Shown: one piece after another, positions 41,441 to 53,252 of the stretch | Numbering within the stretch: position 1 is the first letter of the stretch | Layout: each line of letters begins with the position of its first letter | Source of the DNA: an uncultured Clostridium sp. | GTDB taxonomy: Bacteria > Bacillota > Clostridia > TANB77 > CAG-508 | Direction: 5' to 3' | DNA: 64,000 bases | NCBI GenBank assembly: GCA_948468505.1 | Contig: CAOKJE010000001.1 | Coordinates: forward strand, 225 to 64,224 | Notes under the pieces: generated by a model | What the model was told of the DNA's origin: nothing | The model's input: the letters and a program-made list of their open reading frames with translations, nothing else | The model's database searches: none | Program-made: the position numbers and the translations under genes

Positions 41441-43135
41441 TTGATAAAAAAAGAAAAACACAAAAGTCTAGCAATTGTATTAGCCATCAATATAGTCTTA
41501 TTTTTCTTAGTAAACTGTATACTAAACCTAAAATATGAACAAGTTGATGACTTCATTATATATAATATGTACTCAGGGTTAGATGGAGCCTATAACATGC
41601 ATGGAATTTATATTCATCCAATTATCTGCATGATATTAAGCTTCCTTTTTAGGATAATACCAGTTATCAACTGGCATACCATTTTTTTACTCATAATGCA
41701 ATTGATATGCTTTACCACAATAGGATATAAAATACTAAAGAAAAATGAAAATAATATTTCTAGTATATTGCTATACACGTTATTTGCAGGAACTTTTTAT
41801 ACAGCGCTATTATTACTAATACAATACACCTCAGTTTCAGCATTACTAATCGGAACAGCACTTTTTATAACAATTGATAGCCAAGAAACGGATAACCGAA
41901 ACAAAAAGAATTTAGTATTAAGTAGCATTTTGTTTGCCATTGGCATTATGACAAGAATGCAATCACTATTAATAATAGTACCATTTTTTGCCATCTATGC
42001 TATCTATTATCTAGCAAAATATAAACGAAAAATGATACCAAAACAAACCCTTATTGCCATTGCAAAATACTACTTAACATTTATCCTAATAACAATAATT
42101 GTGTATATATCTAATATCATAATATATAATGCAAATGAAATCGATAAAAACTATAAAGAATATAATAAAATCAGATCATACTTACATGACTTAAGCTATG
42201 TAAACTATGAAGAAAACAAAGAATTATTCCAAGAAATAGGCTGGTCTGAAAACGACCATTACCTATTTTACACCTTTAATTTTGGAGATGAAAAAGTTTA
42301 TAGCAAAGAAAACTTACAAAAAATCTATGATTATCAAAAACAAAAACAAAAAAAGCAACCAGATTTAGGAGAAAAAGCAAATTCACTAATAAATGAAATG
42401 CTCCAGACAAACACCTATATAAGCATACTAATCATTGCAATTTTCATGATAGCAATATACAACAAGAAAAAAGTATCCATTAATATTCTAATATTTTACA
42501 CAAGCTTAGCAATCCATATGCTTTTTATCTTTTTAAACCGAAGCATGCTAAGAGTAGTAATACCAGAATATATAATAGGAACAGCCTTGCTAATTTACAA
42601 TTTAGATTGGCATCAAAAGCAAACCACCAAAAGCCATATAAAAAATGCAATAACAATTACCGTTATATTAACAATCATAATTAATTTACAGAGCCAAAAA
42701 TACAATTTTGATTATAAAATAGAAGACTACCAAAACTATAAACAATTAATAAACTATACAAATAGCCATAAAGAAAACGTATATCTTTATACTGTGCCAT
42801 CTTTGCAATATCGATACTTAACCTATTCAGTATACGAAATGCCACCTGAAAAAGCCTTTTCAAATCTACGAGTAATGGGGGGCTGGGACATGTTAAATCA
42901 AAACTATTATAAATTTAAAAACAGATACCAATTAGAGGGAACCTTCTTAGATTTACTAAAGGAAAATGTTTATCTAATTGATGGCGATGTAACTTGGTCA
43001 GGAAAAAGATATGAAAAATATATCAACCATATTGTAAGGTTCCTAAAAGAAAATTACAACATAGACGTAACTTATGAAAAACTAGAAGAATTCGATAATC
43101 TTTATATTTATAAATTATCAGAAAAAGAAGGATAA
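41441..43135 (+). CDS. Large polytopic membrane protein (TTG start)
   Basis: ≥10 predicted transmembrane helices in the first 420 aa, then a soluble C-terminal domain, and no in-frame CGG. Confidence 0.4.
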   Translation: MIKKEKHKSLAIVLAINIVLFFLVNCILNLKYEQVDDFIIYNMYSGLDGAYNMHGIYIHPIICMILSFLFRIIPVINWHTIFLLIMQLICFTTIGYKILKKNENNISSILLYTLFAGTFYTALLLLIQYTSVSALLIGTALFITIDSQETDNRNKKNLVLSSILFAIGIMTRMQSLLIIVPFFAIYAIYYLAKYKRKMIPKQTLIAIAKYYLTFILITIIVYISNIIIYNANEIDKNYKEYNKIRSYLHDLSYVNYEENKELFQEIGWSENDHYLFYTFNFGDEKVYSKENLQKIYDYQKQKQKKQPDLGEKANSLINEMLQTNTYISILIIAIFMIAIYNKKKVSINILIFYTSLAIHMLFIFLNRSMLRVVIPEYIIGTALLIYNLDWHQKQTTKSHIKNAITITVILTIIINLQSQKYNFDYKIEDYQNYKQLINYTNSHKENVYLYTVPSLQYRYLTYSVYEMPPEKAFSNLRVMGGWDMLNQNYYKFKNRYQLEGTFLDLLKENVYLIDGDVTWSGKRYEKYINHIVRFLKENYNIDVTYEKLEEFDNLYIYKLSEKEG

Positions 43136-43159
43136 AACCAAAAATAGGAGGAAAAAACT

Positions 43160-45853
43160 TTGGAAAAAATAGTATTAGTAGATGGGAACAGCATCATGAA
43201 TCGAGCCTTTTATGGAATAATGGGAAGCAAAATCTTAACCACAAAAGATGGGAAATACACCAATGCCATTTACGGCTTTTTAGCCATTCTATTTAAACTA
43301 TTAGAAGATGTAAACCCAAAATATCTAGTCGTTGCCTTTGACCTAAAAGCACCAACAGCAAGACACAAGCTATACGAAGGTTACAAAGCAACCAGAAAAG
43401 GAATGCCACAAGAACTAGCAGACCAGATGCCAATCATAAAAGAAATCTTGCGTGCCATGAACATAGACATCGTGGAAATGGAAGGGTATGAAGCAGACGA
43501 TGTGCTTCGGTACCTTATCTTGTTATGGAGAAAAACAAGGACTAGAAGTAACCATCCTTTCTGGAGATAGAGACACCTTTCAGTTAGCAACCGACAAAGT
43601 AACCATTCGCATTCCCCACACCAAAGGAGGAAAAACAGAAACAGACGAATACAATCGTGCAGCCATCATCGAAAAATATGGCTTAGAGCCAAAGCAATTA
43701 ATTGATGTAAAAGGCTTACAAGGAGATAGTAGTGACAACATCCCTGGAGTTCCTGGAATAGGTGAAAAAACAGCGCTTTCACTCATTCAAAAATTTGGCT
43801 CCATCGAAAACTTATATGAAAAAGTAGAAAAGCAAGAAGCAGAGTTAAAAGGAAAACAAAAAGAAAACATCGAAAACAACAAAGACCTAGCCTTTTTATC
43901 TAAAACCTTAGGAACCATCAACCTAGAAGTTCCAATAAAACACACATTAGAAAATTTCAAAGTAGAAGAGTGGGACAAACCAAAAGTATTAGAACTATTT
44001 AAAGAACTAAACTTTAATCGTTACATTGAACGTTTTTCTTTACGAGGGGAAGAAGTTGCCAAAAAAGAACCAAAAGATTTATTTAAGATAGTAGATAAAA
44101 CCAAAGAAGAAATCATAAACTTAATAAACAAGCAAAAGCAAATGACATTTTATCTTCACACCAAAGAAGAACAGCTACCTGAAAAAATCATAAAAGAAAA
44201 AATAACAGGTTTTTCAATTTTTAATGCAGAAACAAAAGAAGCTAGCTATATTGCTATCACAGAAGAACAAATAGCAAAAGACCTAAAAGAAGTTTTAGAA
44301 AAGGAAGAAATAAAAAAAATAGGCATTAACCTAAGCAAAGTATACATCCTATTAAAACAAATAGGCGTTGATTTAAAAGGAATAAACTATGACATTGCAA
44401 TTAGCAGTTACATTTTAAACCCAAGCCATAACAAATTAGAAATCGGAAACCTAATCGAGCAATATTTAGAAATAGACCTAGAAAGGTGGATACGGAGAAG
44501 AAACAAAGCAAGAGCAAATGAATTTATTTGATATGCCAACAGAAAAAGAAAATCAAGAAAAATATGCCTTATATGCCTATGCCATCAGCCAGATAAAAGA
44601 AATTACCCAAAAACAATTAGAGGAAATAGGAGCCTTAGAACTATTTTACGAAATCGACATGCCAACAATTGAGGTATTATCTAACATGCAGTGGAATGGC
44701 ATGTATGTTGACGAAGAAGAGCTAAGTGAATTTGGAAAAGAATTGACAGATAAACTAGAGACGATCACAAAAATAATCTATGAAATGGCAGGAGAAGAAT
44801 TTAACATTAACTCAACTAAGCAATTAGGAGAAATTCTATTTGAAAAAATGAAACTACCAGTTATCAAAAAAACCAAAAGTGGTTATTCAACCGATGTAGA
44901 TGTCTTAGAAAAACTAAAAAGGGAAGACCCAATCATTGAACAAATCTTAGAATATCGCCAACTAATGAAGTTAAATTCTACCTATGTAGAAGGCTTAAAA
45001 CAATACATTAACCCAAAAACCAAAAGAATACACTCCTTTTTCCATCAAACCATAACAGCAACAGGAAGAATTAGCTCAACAGAACCAAATTTGCAAAACA
45101 TACCAACCAGATTTGAATTAGGAAAAAGAGTAAGAAAAGTATTTAAACCAGAAGAAGGAAAAATTTATGTAGATGCCGATTACTCTCAAATTGAGTTAAG
45201 AGTATTAGCCCACATTTCAGATGATGAGCACATGATACGGAGCCTTCTTGGAAGGGCAAGACATCCATAAACAAGCAGCATCGAAAGTATTCAAAACGCC
45301 AATTGACCAAGTAACCAAAGAGCAAAGAAGTGACGCCAAAGCCGTAAACTTTGGAATTGTCTATGGAATCAGTGACTTTGGGTTAGCAGAGCAGCTAGGA
45401 ATTTTAAGAAAAAAAGCCAAAGAATACATTACCGAATACCTAGAGCAATATGCAGGCATCAAAACCTTTATGGAGGAAATTACCAAAAAAGCAACAGAAG
45501 ATGGTTATGTAGAAACCCTATTTCATAGAAGAAGATACATTCCAGAGCTAAAATCAAGTAACTACATGGTAAGACAATTTGGCTCAAGAGCTGCCATGAA
45601 CACCCCCATCCAAGGAACGGCAGCAGACATCATGAAAATAGCCATGATAAAAGTACACCAAGAGCTTCAAAAAAGAGGACTACAAGCAAAAATTGTATTA
45701 CAAGTGCATGACGAAATGATGATAGAAGCACCAGAAAACGAAAAAGAACAGATAAAGGACATATTAAAACAAAGCATGGAAAGTGCAATCGACCTAAAAG
45801 TACCATTAATAGCGGACATAGGAGAAGCAAAAAATTGGTATGATTGCAAATGA
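43160..45853 (+). CDS. polA: DNA polymerase I, three CGG recoding sites (43508, 44493, 45238), TTG start
   Basis: Four overlapping ORFs join into the 5'-nuclease, 3'-5'-exonuclease-like and polymerase domains. The junctions restore EADDVLGTLSCYGEK (E. coli EADDVIGTLA), LERWIGEETKQEQMNLFD, and HMIGAFLEGQDIHKQAA. Confidence 0.9.
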
Positions 45854-45862
45854 TATCCTAGT

Positions 45863-45882
45863 AAGAAACGTCCCCAATCGAC
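45863..45882. repeat. GGGGACG-family motif (reverse orientation) just upstream of the RBS
   Basis: aaacgtccccaatcgaccc resembles the 31548 copy. Confidence 0.5.
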
Positions 45883-45901
45883 CCTAAAGGAGGAGAAAAG
45901 A

Positions 45902-46466
45902 TTGAAAAGCAAAAAGCAAATTGTAATGGTATTAGTAGCAGTTATTTTAGTAACATTTGTTTTTCTATTTAAAGACAATTTACTAAAGAAAATATATCCT
46001 AAAACATACAGTGAAGCGGTTTTAATCTATCAAGAAAAATATAAGATTGATGAGAACCTTATTTATGCTTTAATAAAAGCGGAGAGCAATTTTAAACAAG
46101 AAGCGGTTTCGAATAAAGAGGCGATTGGTGTAATGCAATTGATGGAAGAAACGGCCAAGGATGTAGCAAGGAAAAATGCGATTGAACTAGATTTTGAAAA
46201 GGCAAGACAAGAATTGTTTGATATCAATAAAAACATTGAAATAGGTACTTGTTACCTAGCAACACTTTTAGAGCGCTATCAAAACAAAGAGGTAGCATTG
46301 GCAGCTTATAATGCAGGAATTGGTACAGTAGACCGGTTGGATTGAAAAAGGCATTATAAAACAAGATGGTACTGACATTGAAAAAATACCATATAAAGAA
46401 ACCAATCACTATGTAAGAAAAATATTAAGAGACTATAAAATTTACCAAAATTTGTATAAAAACTAG
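45902..46466 (+). CDS. Lytic transglycosylase (SLT domain), one CGG recoding site (46334)
   Basis: SLT motif ESNFKQEAVSNKEAIGVMQLM and AAYNAGIG. At gac-CGG-ttg the +1 frame gives VDGWIEKGII...YKIYQNLYKN-stop. Confidence 0.65.
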
Positions 46467-46521
46467 ACAAATGACGAAAAATGAAGTAAAATAAATGTGT
46501 TAAAAAAGAGGAGAGAACAAA

Positions 46522-47769
46522 ATGATAATAGAACAAATAATATTTATGGTCATTTCATTTGCGATATTTGTATACATGTTTTTTCGCATGATACGAAATA
46601 ATGACACAACTTATATTGCAATTTTAGTGTTAGAATTTATAGGAATTGCACTTAATTTTGCAGAAGCATTATTTAAAGTAAAGCTAAACATGCTATTTGT
46701 TATTCTAAAATACATATTATCTATTATCATACCAATTGTGGTCATGATTTTAGAAAAAAAGAATATCACACTATTTGAAATGGTCTACCTACAAAAAGCA
46801 AAATTATATTTAATGTTAGGAGATAATAAAAAAGCCAAACAAGCTTTAATTGATTTATTAGAAAAAAACTCAAAATCTTATAAAGCACATAGAATGTTAG
46901 CTGAAATATACGAACAAGAAGGTGGCATGAGAAAAGCAATAGACGAGTATGTACAGGCTATCGACTTAAACAAAAAGGACTATGACTCTTACTACAAAGT
47001 AGCCGAGTTATTGACCCATTTAGACAAAAAAGAAGAAGCAGCAGAAATGTTATTCAATTTGCTAAACAAAAAACCAGAAATGTATAAAGCAACAGCGTTA
47101 TTAGGAGAAATTTTAATCGAAAAAGAAAGATACAAAGAAGCTGTAAATATCTATCAAGATGCCTTAAGATACAACCCTGTAAGCTATGAACTAAACTATA
47201 ATTTAGGAATTGCCTACACCATGTTAAACGACTTTCAAAATGCAAAAACTTGTTATGAAAAAGCTGCACAAATCAACTCTTTACTCTACAATGCCAAATA
47301 TTCATTAGCAGAAATTGCATTGATTTATAAAGACTTAGAAGAAGCTGAAAAAAGATTTTTAGAAGCAATAGAGGAAGAAGAATTATCAGCAGACGGTTAT
47401 TATGAATTGGCTAAAATCTATTTAATAAAAGGACAGAAGGATACAGCCATAAAATATATAAATGCAGCAATTGATGGTAATGCTAAAAAAATTGTAGAAA
47501 AAGTAAAAAAAGAGCCAATTTTTATACCTATTATGGCTAAAATTTCAATTCCATTTAATTTAGAAGAGCCAGAGGAAAAAGGTGAAAATAAATTACAAGA
47601 AAAAGAAATAAAAGCAAAAGAACATTTAGAGGAAATGAGTGAAATAACAAGAAGTTTAAGTTATAACGATATTAAAATGTTAAGAAAAAATAAGGCTGGA
47701 AGAGGAAAAAATAAAGTCCAAGAAGAATTAGAATTTGAACAAGATTGGCAAAAAGAAAGACAAGAATAG
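46522..47769 (+). CDS. Membrane-anchored TPR-repeat protein
   Basis: Two N-terminal transmembrane helices, then ≥6 TPR-like 34-residue repeats (AxxYxxAGxxxKA patterns). Confidence 0.55.
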   Translation: MIIEQIIFMVISFAIFVYMFFRMIRNNDTTYIAILVLEFIGIALNFAEALFKVKLNMLFVILKYILSIIIPIVVMILEKKNITLFEMVYLQKAKLYLMLGDNKKAKQALIDLLEKNSKSYKAHRMLAEIYEQEGGMRKAIDEYVQAIDLNKKDYDSYYKVAELLTHLDKKEEAAEMLFNLLNKKPEMYKATALLGEILIEKERYKEAVNIYQDALRYNPVSYELNYNLGIAYTMLNDFQNAKTCYEKAAQINSLLYNAKYSLAEIALIYKDLEEAEKRFLEAIEEEELSADGYYELAKIYLIKGQKDTAIKYINAAIDGNAKKIVEKVKKEPIFIPIMAKISIPFNLEEPEEKGENKLQEKEIKAKEHLEEMSEITRSLSYNDIKMLRKNKAGRGKNKVQEELEFEQDWQKERQE

Positions 47770-47908
47770 ATTAAAATAATTTTAACTAAAAAGCTAGTTA
47801 AAATTATTTTTTATGTCGAAAACTATATACCACTAAATTTAAAATATGTTATAATATAATGGGGAGAAATATTACGAGTGATATAGTAAAAAAGAAAAAG
47901 GTGAAGAA

Positions 47909-48487
47909 ATGAAAAAAATAGTTGTTGCCACGAATAACCAAGGAAAAATAAGAGAAATAAAAGAAATTCTAAAAAACTATGAATTAGTAACGCTAAAAGA
48001 AATAGGGTGTAATATAGAAGTAGAAGAAAATCAAGAAACATTTGAAGGAAACGCCAAGAAAAAAGCACAAGAAATAGCAAAAGTAGTTAAGTTGCCAGTA
48101 ATAGCAGATGATAGTGGCTTATGTATAGAAAACTTAGCCGGTTTTCCAGGAGTTTACACAGCAAGATTTTTAGGAACAAGTGCAACAGATGCACAAAAAA
48201 ATGCAGCTATCTTAGAAAAAATGAAAGACTTGAAAGAGGAACAAAGAAAAGCAAAGGTTAAGTGTGTTGTTGCTTATTACGAAGAAGGGGAATTTATTGT
48301 AGGAAAAGGCGAAGTGCAAGGCAAAATAGCCCAAAAACCAAGAGGAGAAAATGGATTTGGCTTTGATCCTATTTTTGAAGTAGAAGGTGGAAAAACTTAT
48401 GCAGAAATGTCACAAGAAGAAAAAAATAAAACTAGCCACAGAAGAAAAGCATTAGAAGATTTGAAAAAACAGTTTTTAGAAAAATAA
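47909..48487 (+). CDS. rdgB: Non-canonical purine NTP pyrophosphatase (RdgB/HAM1 family)
   Basis: VVATNNQGKIREIKEIL, FEGNAKKKA, the SGLCIE...PGVYTARF Ham1 signature, and GFGFDPIF. Confidence 0.8.
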   Translation: MKKIVVATNNQGKIREIKEILKNYELVTLKEIGCNIEVEENQETFEGNAKKKAQEIAKVVKLPVIADDSGLCIENLAGFPGVYTARFLGTSATDAQKNAAILEKMKDLKEEQRKAKVKCVVAYYEEGEFIVGKGEVQGKIAQKPRGENGFGFDPIFEVEGGKTYAEMSQEEKNKTSHRRKALEDLKKQFLEK

Positions 48488-48542
48488 AATAATTTCCATA
48501 AACACTAGAAAGTTAAAAAATGATAATAAAAGGAGAAAGCAA

Positions 48543-49175
48543 ATGAACAAAACAATTGGAATTATCACAAGAGAATACACATCAGACTACAAAGATGTTC
48601 CATTATATGGTATTAGAAGAGACGTTGTACAATATCTAAAAAAATATGATATAAACGTCATTATGATACCAATCATGAAGGAAAACATAAATGAATTTGA
48701 AAAAATAAAAGAAATCATAGACTTTTGCGATGGAATCATTTTACCAGGAGGCTCTAGCATATATGACATTGACTATGAAATAACCCAATATTTACACGAA
48801 ATAGACAAGCCAACACTTGGAATTTGTTTAGGAATGCAAATTATGGGGAAATTATTCAATGGAAAAGTAAGAAATAAAATAGAAGATGGAAAACACTGTA
48901 GTGAAGAAGAATACGTACATAGCATTAGCATAAAAAAAGATAGCCTATTATATAAAATAATAGGAGAAGAAAAAATAAAAGTAAACAGTAGGCATATGAT
49001 GCAAATACCAACCACAAAATTAGAATGTGTAGCCTATAGCGAAGATAATGTTCTAGAAGCAATTGAAGATAGCAACAAAAAATTCTTTATCGGAATTCAA
49101 TGGCATCCAGAATCTCTTATGGAGGATGTTTACAGTAGGCGACTATTTGATTATTTTATCCATATGGGATTGTAA
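48543..49175 (+). CDS. Gamma-glutamyl hydrolase-like class I glutamine amidotransferase (peptidase C26)
   Basis: GICLGMQ nucleophile elbow and GIQWHPE. Confidence 0.65.
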   Translation: MNKTIGIITREYTSDYKDVPLYGIRRDVVQYLKKYDINVIMIPIMKENINEFEKIKEIIDFCDGIILPGGSSIYDIDYEITQYLHEIDKPTLGICLGMQIMGKLFNGKVRNKIEDGKHCSEEEYVHSISIKKDSLLYKIIGEEKIKVNSRHMMQIPTTKLECVAYSEDNVLEAIEDSNKKFFIGIQWHPESLMEDVYSRRLFDYFIHMGL

Positions 49176-49205
49176 AAGAAATAAGAAAGAGGATAGGAGA
49201 AAACA

Positions 49206-50817
49206 AATGAAATATGCAATCAAACTACTAAACAAAAGAAAATTTCTATTATGCTTTTTAGACGCATTTCTAACAAATTTGTGCATATATTTACTACCAG
49301 TGGCATTAGCTATATTTACAAAAGCCCCATTTACACTAGAAAAACTAAGCTATCTAATTATATCCATAATAGGACTAAAAATAGCAGAAATCATACTAAA
49401 CCACATATGGGTAATATATTTATTAAAATTTGAACACAAATATGCCAAAGACTTGCAACTAGCATATTTTAATCGTGTTGCCAACATGAAACCATTCAAA
49501 CTAAATCAAGTACATAATGGATACCTAAAAAAACAAATTGATATTATAGCAGAAGAAGCAGAAGAATTTATGGAGAATATCTTCGAAACAGCCAATGGCT
49601 TTGGAATATCAGCAATTGTATTTTTAATACAAGTAATCAATCAAGATGTAAAAATGTTCTTTGTTTGCTTAGCTATGTTAATAGCAATTATAATTTACAA
49701 CGTTTGGATTGGAAAAAAACATGTAAAAGTACAAAAAGAATATAATAAACAATATTCCAAATATAATGCTACCTATGTAGATTTCTTGCAAAACATAAAA
49801 ACAGTAAAAAGACTACAAGCAGCCAAATATGCAAACAGTAAAAATGAAGAAACCTTTGAAAAAGTATTACCGAAATTAGATAAAACAAATACCTATTACT
49901 CTTTAAGGTCAAATGGAATTAGCTTTTTTGTTTATTCAATGTTTGCTATCATATTAATAAATTTATACACCCAAATGAAAGCTGGACAAGAGGTTTTATC
50001 CTATTTACTATTTTATGCTACTATATTTAGTGGACTAACAGGAGAACTAAAAGATTTAGCAAGATTATTTATCCACTACAATAAGTTTCAAGCGGCTAGC
50101 AAACAAGTAGAAAAAATGATAGGTAAAGAAGAGGAAAACAGTAACATCGAAACATGGGAAACAATAGAAATCAAAGACTTAACCTTTCAATATAAGGAAG
50201 AAACAAAAAACAATATATGTATACCAGAATTTAAAATAAATAAAAAAGACAAAATTAGTATTGTAGGAAAATCAGGGCAAGGAAAAACTACATTTATAAA
50301 CATCTTAGCAAGGTACATTGAAATACCACAAGAACAGTATTTAATAGATGGAAAAATACAAAAAGGAAACTTAGACTTAGCCTATATTTCGCAAGAAATA
50401 GATTTATTTGATTTAACAGTAAAAGAAAATCTATGTCTAGGAAAAAATATAGAAAATGAGGTGCTAATGAAATACATCGAAGAAGCAGGATTATTAGAAT
50501 GGATGGATGGATTAGAAAAAGGGTTAGATACTGTAGTAGGAGAAAGAGGATTGAAGTTATCAGTAGGGCAAAAACAACGATTAAATATTATAAGAGGAAT
50601 ACTGTTAGATAAAGAAATGTATATTTTAGACGAGCCAACATCCAATCTTGACAAAGAAACAGAAAAAATGATTGTAAAATTGATAGAAAAATATTTACAA
50701 GATAAAACGGTTGTTATTGTAACACATAGGGAAGAAATTAAAAAAATGTGCTCAAAACATTACAAATTTGAAAACAGCACAATGAAATTAGAAAAAGAAG
50801 GAGAAATTTATGCCTAA
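49206..50817 (+). CDS. ABC exporter, fused transmembrane and ATPase domains
   Basis: Six-helix N-terminal transmembrane domain, then Walker A GKSGQGKTT, signature LSVGQKQRL and Walker B ILDEPTSNLD. The track's longer ORF from 49063 overlaps the upstream gene and is rejected. Confidence 0.75.
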
Positions 50818-51443
50818 TATAATAGATATCTATGAAAAATATTATATTCCAGAACACCTACAATTACATATGTTAAGAGTAGCAGCATGTGCAAAGCTAA
50901 TCTCAGACAACTGGAAAGGAGAGCAAATAGACAAAGAAGCAATCATAAGAGTATCGTTACTACATGACATGGGTAACATTATCAAAATACCAGAAAAGGA
51001 CTTAGAAAACGAAAAAACCATAGAATTGCGAAGAAAATTTATAGAAAAGTATGGAGAATATGAACATTATACTAATATGGCAATAGCCAAAGAGGAGGGC
51101 TTGGACGAAAAAGAGTTAGACATTTTAGACAAAAAAAGATCAAGAAAAAATGAAGAAACCTATCAAATCCGGAACTTATGAAGTAAAAATATGTACATAT
51201 TGTGACCAAAGAGTTGCGCCAGATGGTGTAAGAGGGGTAAGAGAAAGACTAGAAGAAGTGAAAACAAGATATAAAAGCAAACCAAATTCTGTATGGTCAA
51301 ACGAAGAAAAAGCAGAGCATTTAATAGAATGTGCCTGTGGAATTGAAAAACAGATTATGAAACATTGTACCATAAAACCAGGGGAGATAAATGACGAAAC
51401 GATTAAAGAAAACATACAAAAATTAAGAAATTATTCAATATAA
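50810..51443 (+). CDS. HD-domain phosphohydrolase, one CGG recoding site (51170)
   Basis: HMLRVA...LLHDMGN HD motif. At atc-CGG-aac the +1 frame gives EETYQIGTYEVKICTYCDQRVAP... and continues to 51443. Confidence 0.55.
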
Positions 51444-51528
51444 TTGATAAAAAATAGCATAAAACTCCTAGAGCCACAAGGAAAATCAAAAAATAATAAA
51501 ATAATTTAGGAAAAATTCAAAAAAATAC

Positions 51529-51558
51529 TTGACAATATAACAAAAAATTAGTATAATA
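51529..51558 (+). promoter_or_regulatory. Sigma-A promoter of the tRNA cluster
   Basis: TTGACA-17 nt-TATAAT sits ~20 nt upstream of tRNA-Val. Confidence 0.65.
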
Positions 51559-51578
51559 ACTTCGTCGAAAGACGAAAT

Positions 51579-51654
51579 GGTCGCTTAGCTCAGCTGGGAG
51601 AGCATCTGCCTTACAAGCAGGGGGTCATAGGTTCGAGCCCTATAGCGACCACCA
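51579..51654 (+). tRNA. tRNA-Val (anticodon TAC)
   Basis: GGTCGCTTAGCTCAGCTGGGAGAGCATCTGCCTTACAAGCAG...ACCA. Anticodon loop CTTACAA. Confidence 0.85.
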
Positions 51655-51665
51655 TCTTTTTATAT

Positions 51666-51742
51666 GGCCCGGTAGTTCAGTTGGTTAGAACGCTAGCCTG
51701 TCACGCTAGAGGTCGACGGTTCGAGCCCGTTCCGGGTCGCCA
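51666..51742 (+). tRNA. tRNA-Asp (anticodon GTC)
   Basis: GGCCCGGTAGTTCAGTTGGTTAGAACGCTAGCCTGTCACGCTAG...GCCA. Confidence 0.85.
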
Positions 51743-51786
51743 TTTTTTTATAAGAAGGAAAATATGGCGATTTTAATTTTATACTT

Positions 51787-51862
51787 GGCTTTATAGCTCA
51801 GTTGGTAGAGCAAGGGACTGAAAATCCCTGTGTCCCTGGTTCGATTCCAGGTGAAGCCACCA
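51787..51862 (+). tRNA. tRNA-Phe (anticodon GAA)
   Basis: GGCTTTATAGCTCAGTTGGTAGAGCAAGGGACTGAAAATCCC...CACCA. Confidence 0.85.
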
Positions 51863-51904
51863 AATAACATACAGAAGTTCTTGAATTTTCTGTACGATAA
51901 AAAT

Positions 51905-51950
51905 GTATTTGTTATAATTCAACACAAATACATTTTTTTTAAAGAAAAAG
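51905..51950 (+). terminator. Rho-independent terminator after the tRNA cluster
   Basis: aatgtatttgt ...loop... acaaatacatt followed by T8. Confidence 0.6.
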
Positions 51951-51990
51951 TATAAATAGCTATTAATAGTGATGAAATTGGAGGTTTGAA

Positions 51991-52983
51991 ATGGAGGAAA
52001 ACTACCCACCATATACAATTACTAATAAAATGTTAAATTTAGCAACAAAAATAATGGAGAAAATTGGAGAAGCAAACTATTTTGAAAGCTTAAACAGATA
52101 CCCAGAATTAAGAAGAAAAACAAGAATTAAATCAATTCATTCTTCTTTGGCTATTGAAAATAATCAATTATCACTATTTCAAGTTGAAGAAGTAATCAAT
52201 GGGAAAGCTGTAATGGGAGAACAAAAAGATATTCAAGAAGTTAAAAATGCTTATAAAGCTTATGAAGAACTTGATAATGTTAATCCATATTCAGTTAAAG
52301 ATTTAAAGAAAATACAAGGGATACTAACTTTTGCAATAGAGGACGATAGTGGAAAATTTAGAAATCATGGTGAAGCAGTATATGATGGAAATGTGCAAAT
52401 TTTTATGGCTCCATCCCATAGAATGGTACCTACACTTATGGATAACTTATTTAATTGGATGGATAAGGCAAAAGATACTGTTAATCCATTAATATTATCT
52501 TCTATTTTTCATTATGAATTTGTATTTATACATCCTTTTTCAGATGGAAATGGAAGAACAGCAAGACTTTGGCAAACAGCAATACTTGCCCATTGGAAAG
52601 AATTATTTAAGTATATTCCGATAGAAAGTATAATAAGAAAACATCAAGAAGGCTATTATAAAGCAATTCAAAACTGTAATAATGCAGGAAATTCAAATGA
52701 ATTTATCGAATTTATGCTTGAAGTTATTAATGAAGCAGTTGATGGAATGATTTTAGTTACTAACCAAGAAATTACACAAGAAACTACAAAAGAAACTACA
52801 CAAGAAAAAATAGTCAATTTAATTAAGAAAAATCCAAGTATTACACAGGTAGAAATGGCAAAGGCTCTTGAATTGACAAGAGATGGCATATCATATAATA
52901 TTAAAGTATTAAAAGATAAAGGAATGATTGAAAGGGTTGGTTCTACAAAAAATGGAATTTGGAAAATAAATGTAGCAGAGTAA
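51991..52983 (+). CDS. Fic family protein with C-terminal winged-HTH
   Basis: Fic motif HPFSDGNGRTARLW and C-terminal ITQVEMAKALELTRDGISYNIKVLKDKGMIERVG. Confidence 0.8.
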   Translation: MEENYPPYTITNKMLNLATKIMEKIGEANYFESLNRYPELRRKTRIKSIHSSLAIENNQLSLFQVEEVINGKAVMGEQKDIQEVKNAYKAYEELDNVNPYSVKDLKKIQGILTFAIEDDSGKFRNHGEAVYDGNVQIFMAPSHRMVPTLMDNLFNWMDKAKDTVNPLILSSIFHYEFVFIHPFSDGNGRTARLWQTAILAHWKELFKYIPIESIIRKHQEGYYKAIQNCNNAGNSNEFIEFMLEVINEAVDGMILVTNQEITQETTKETTQEKIVNLIKKNPSITQVEMAKALELTRDGISYNIKVLKDKGMIERVGSTKNGIWKINVAE

Positions 52984-53252
52984 TGATAGAGATATGGCAG
53001 AGGTAAAAGAATCAAATGCTTTACAGTGAGAGGTGATTGAAATGAAATAGCTGAACCCTTTTACATTGACGAAGACACTTATCTCATGGAGTCGGACAAA
53101 TTTAGAGCTTACGAAGTAGTTAGCGAATACAGTCTCTAATTAATTGAAAGGAAGCCATTTGTGAAGTTTGAATACTTTACAAATGGTTTCTTTTATGCTA
53201 AACTTGTGAAAGCATTACTATAACATAAAATATTTTATATTAGGAGCAAAAA

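Noticed and set aside
49063-49205. Upstream extension of the ABC exporter ORF, overlapping the C26 hydrolase gene
   Set aside because: It is in a different frame from the upstream gene and has no RBS. A good RBS and ATG at 49206 starts the transmembrane domain.
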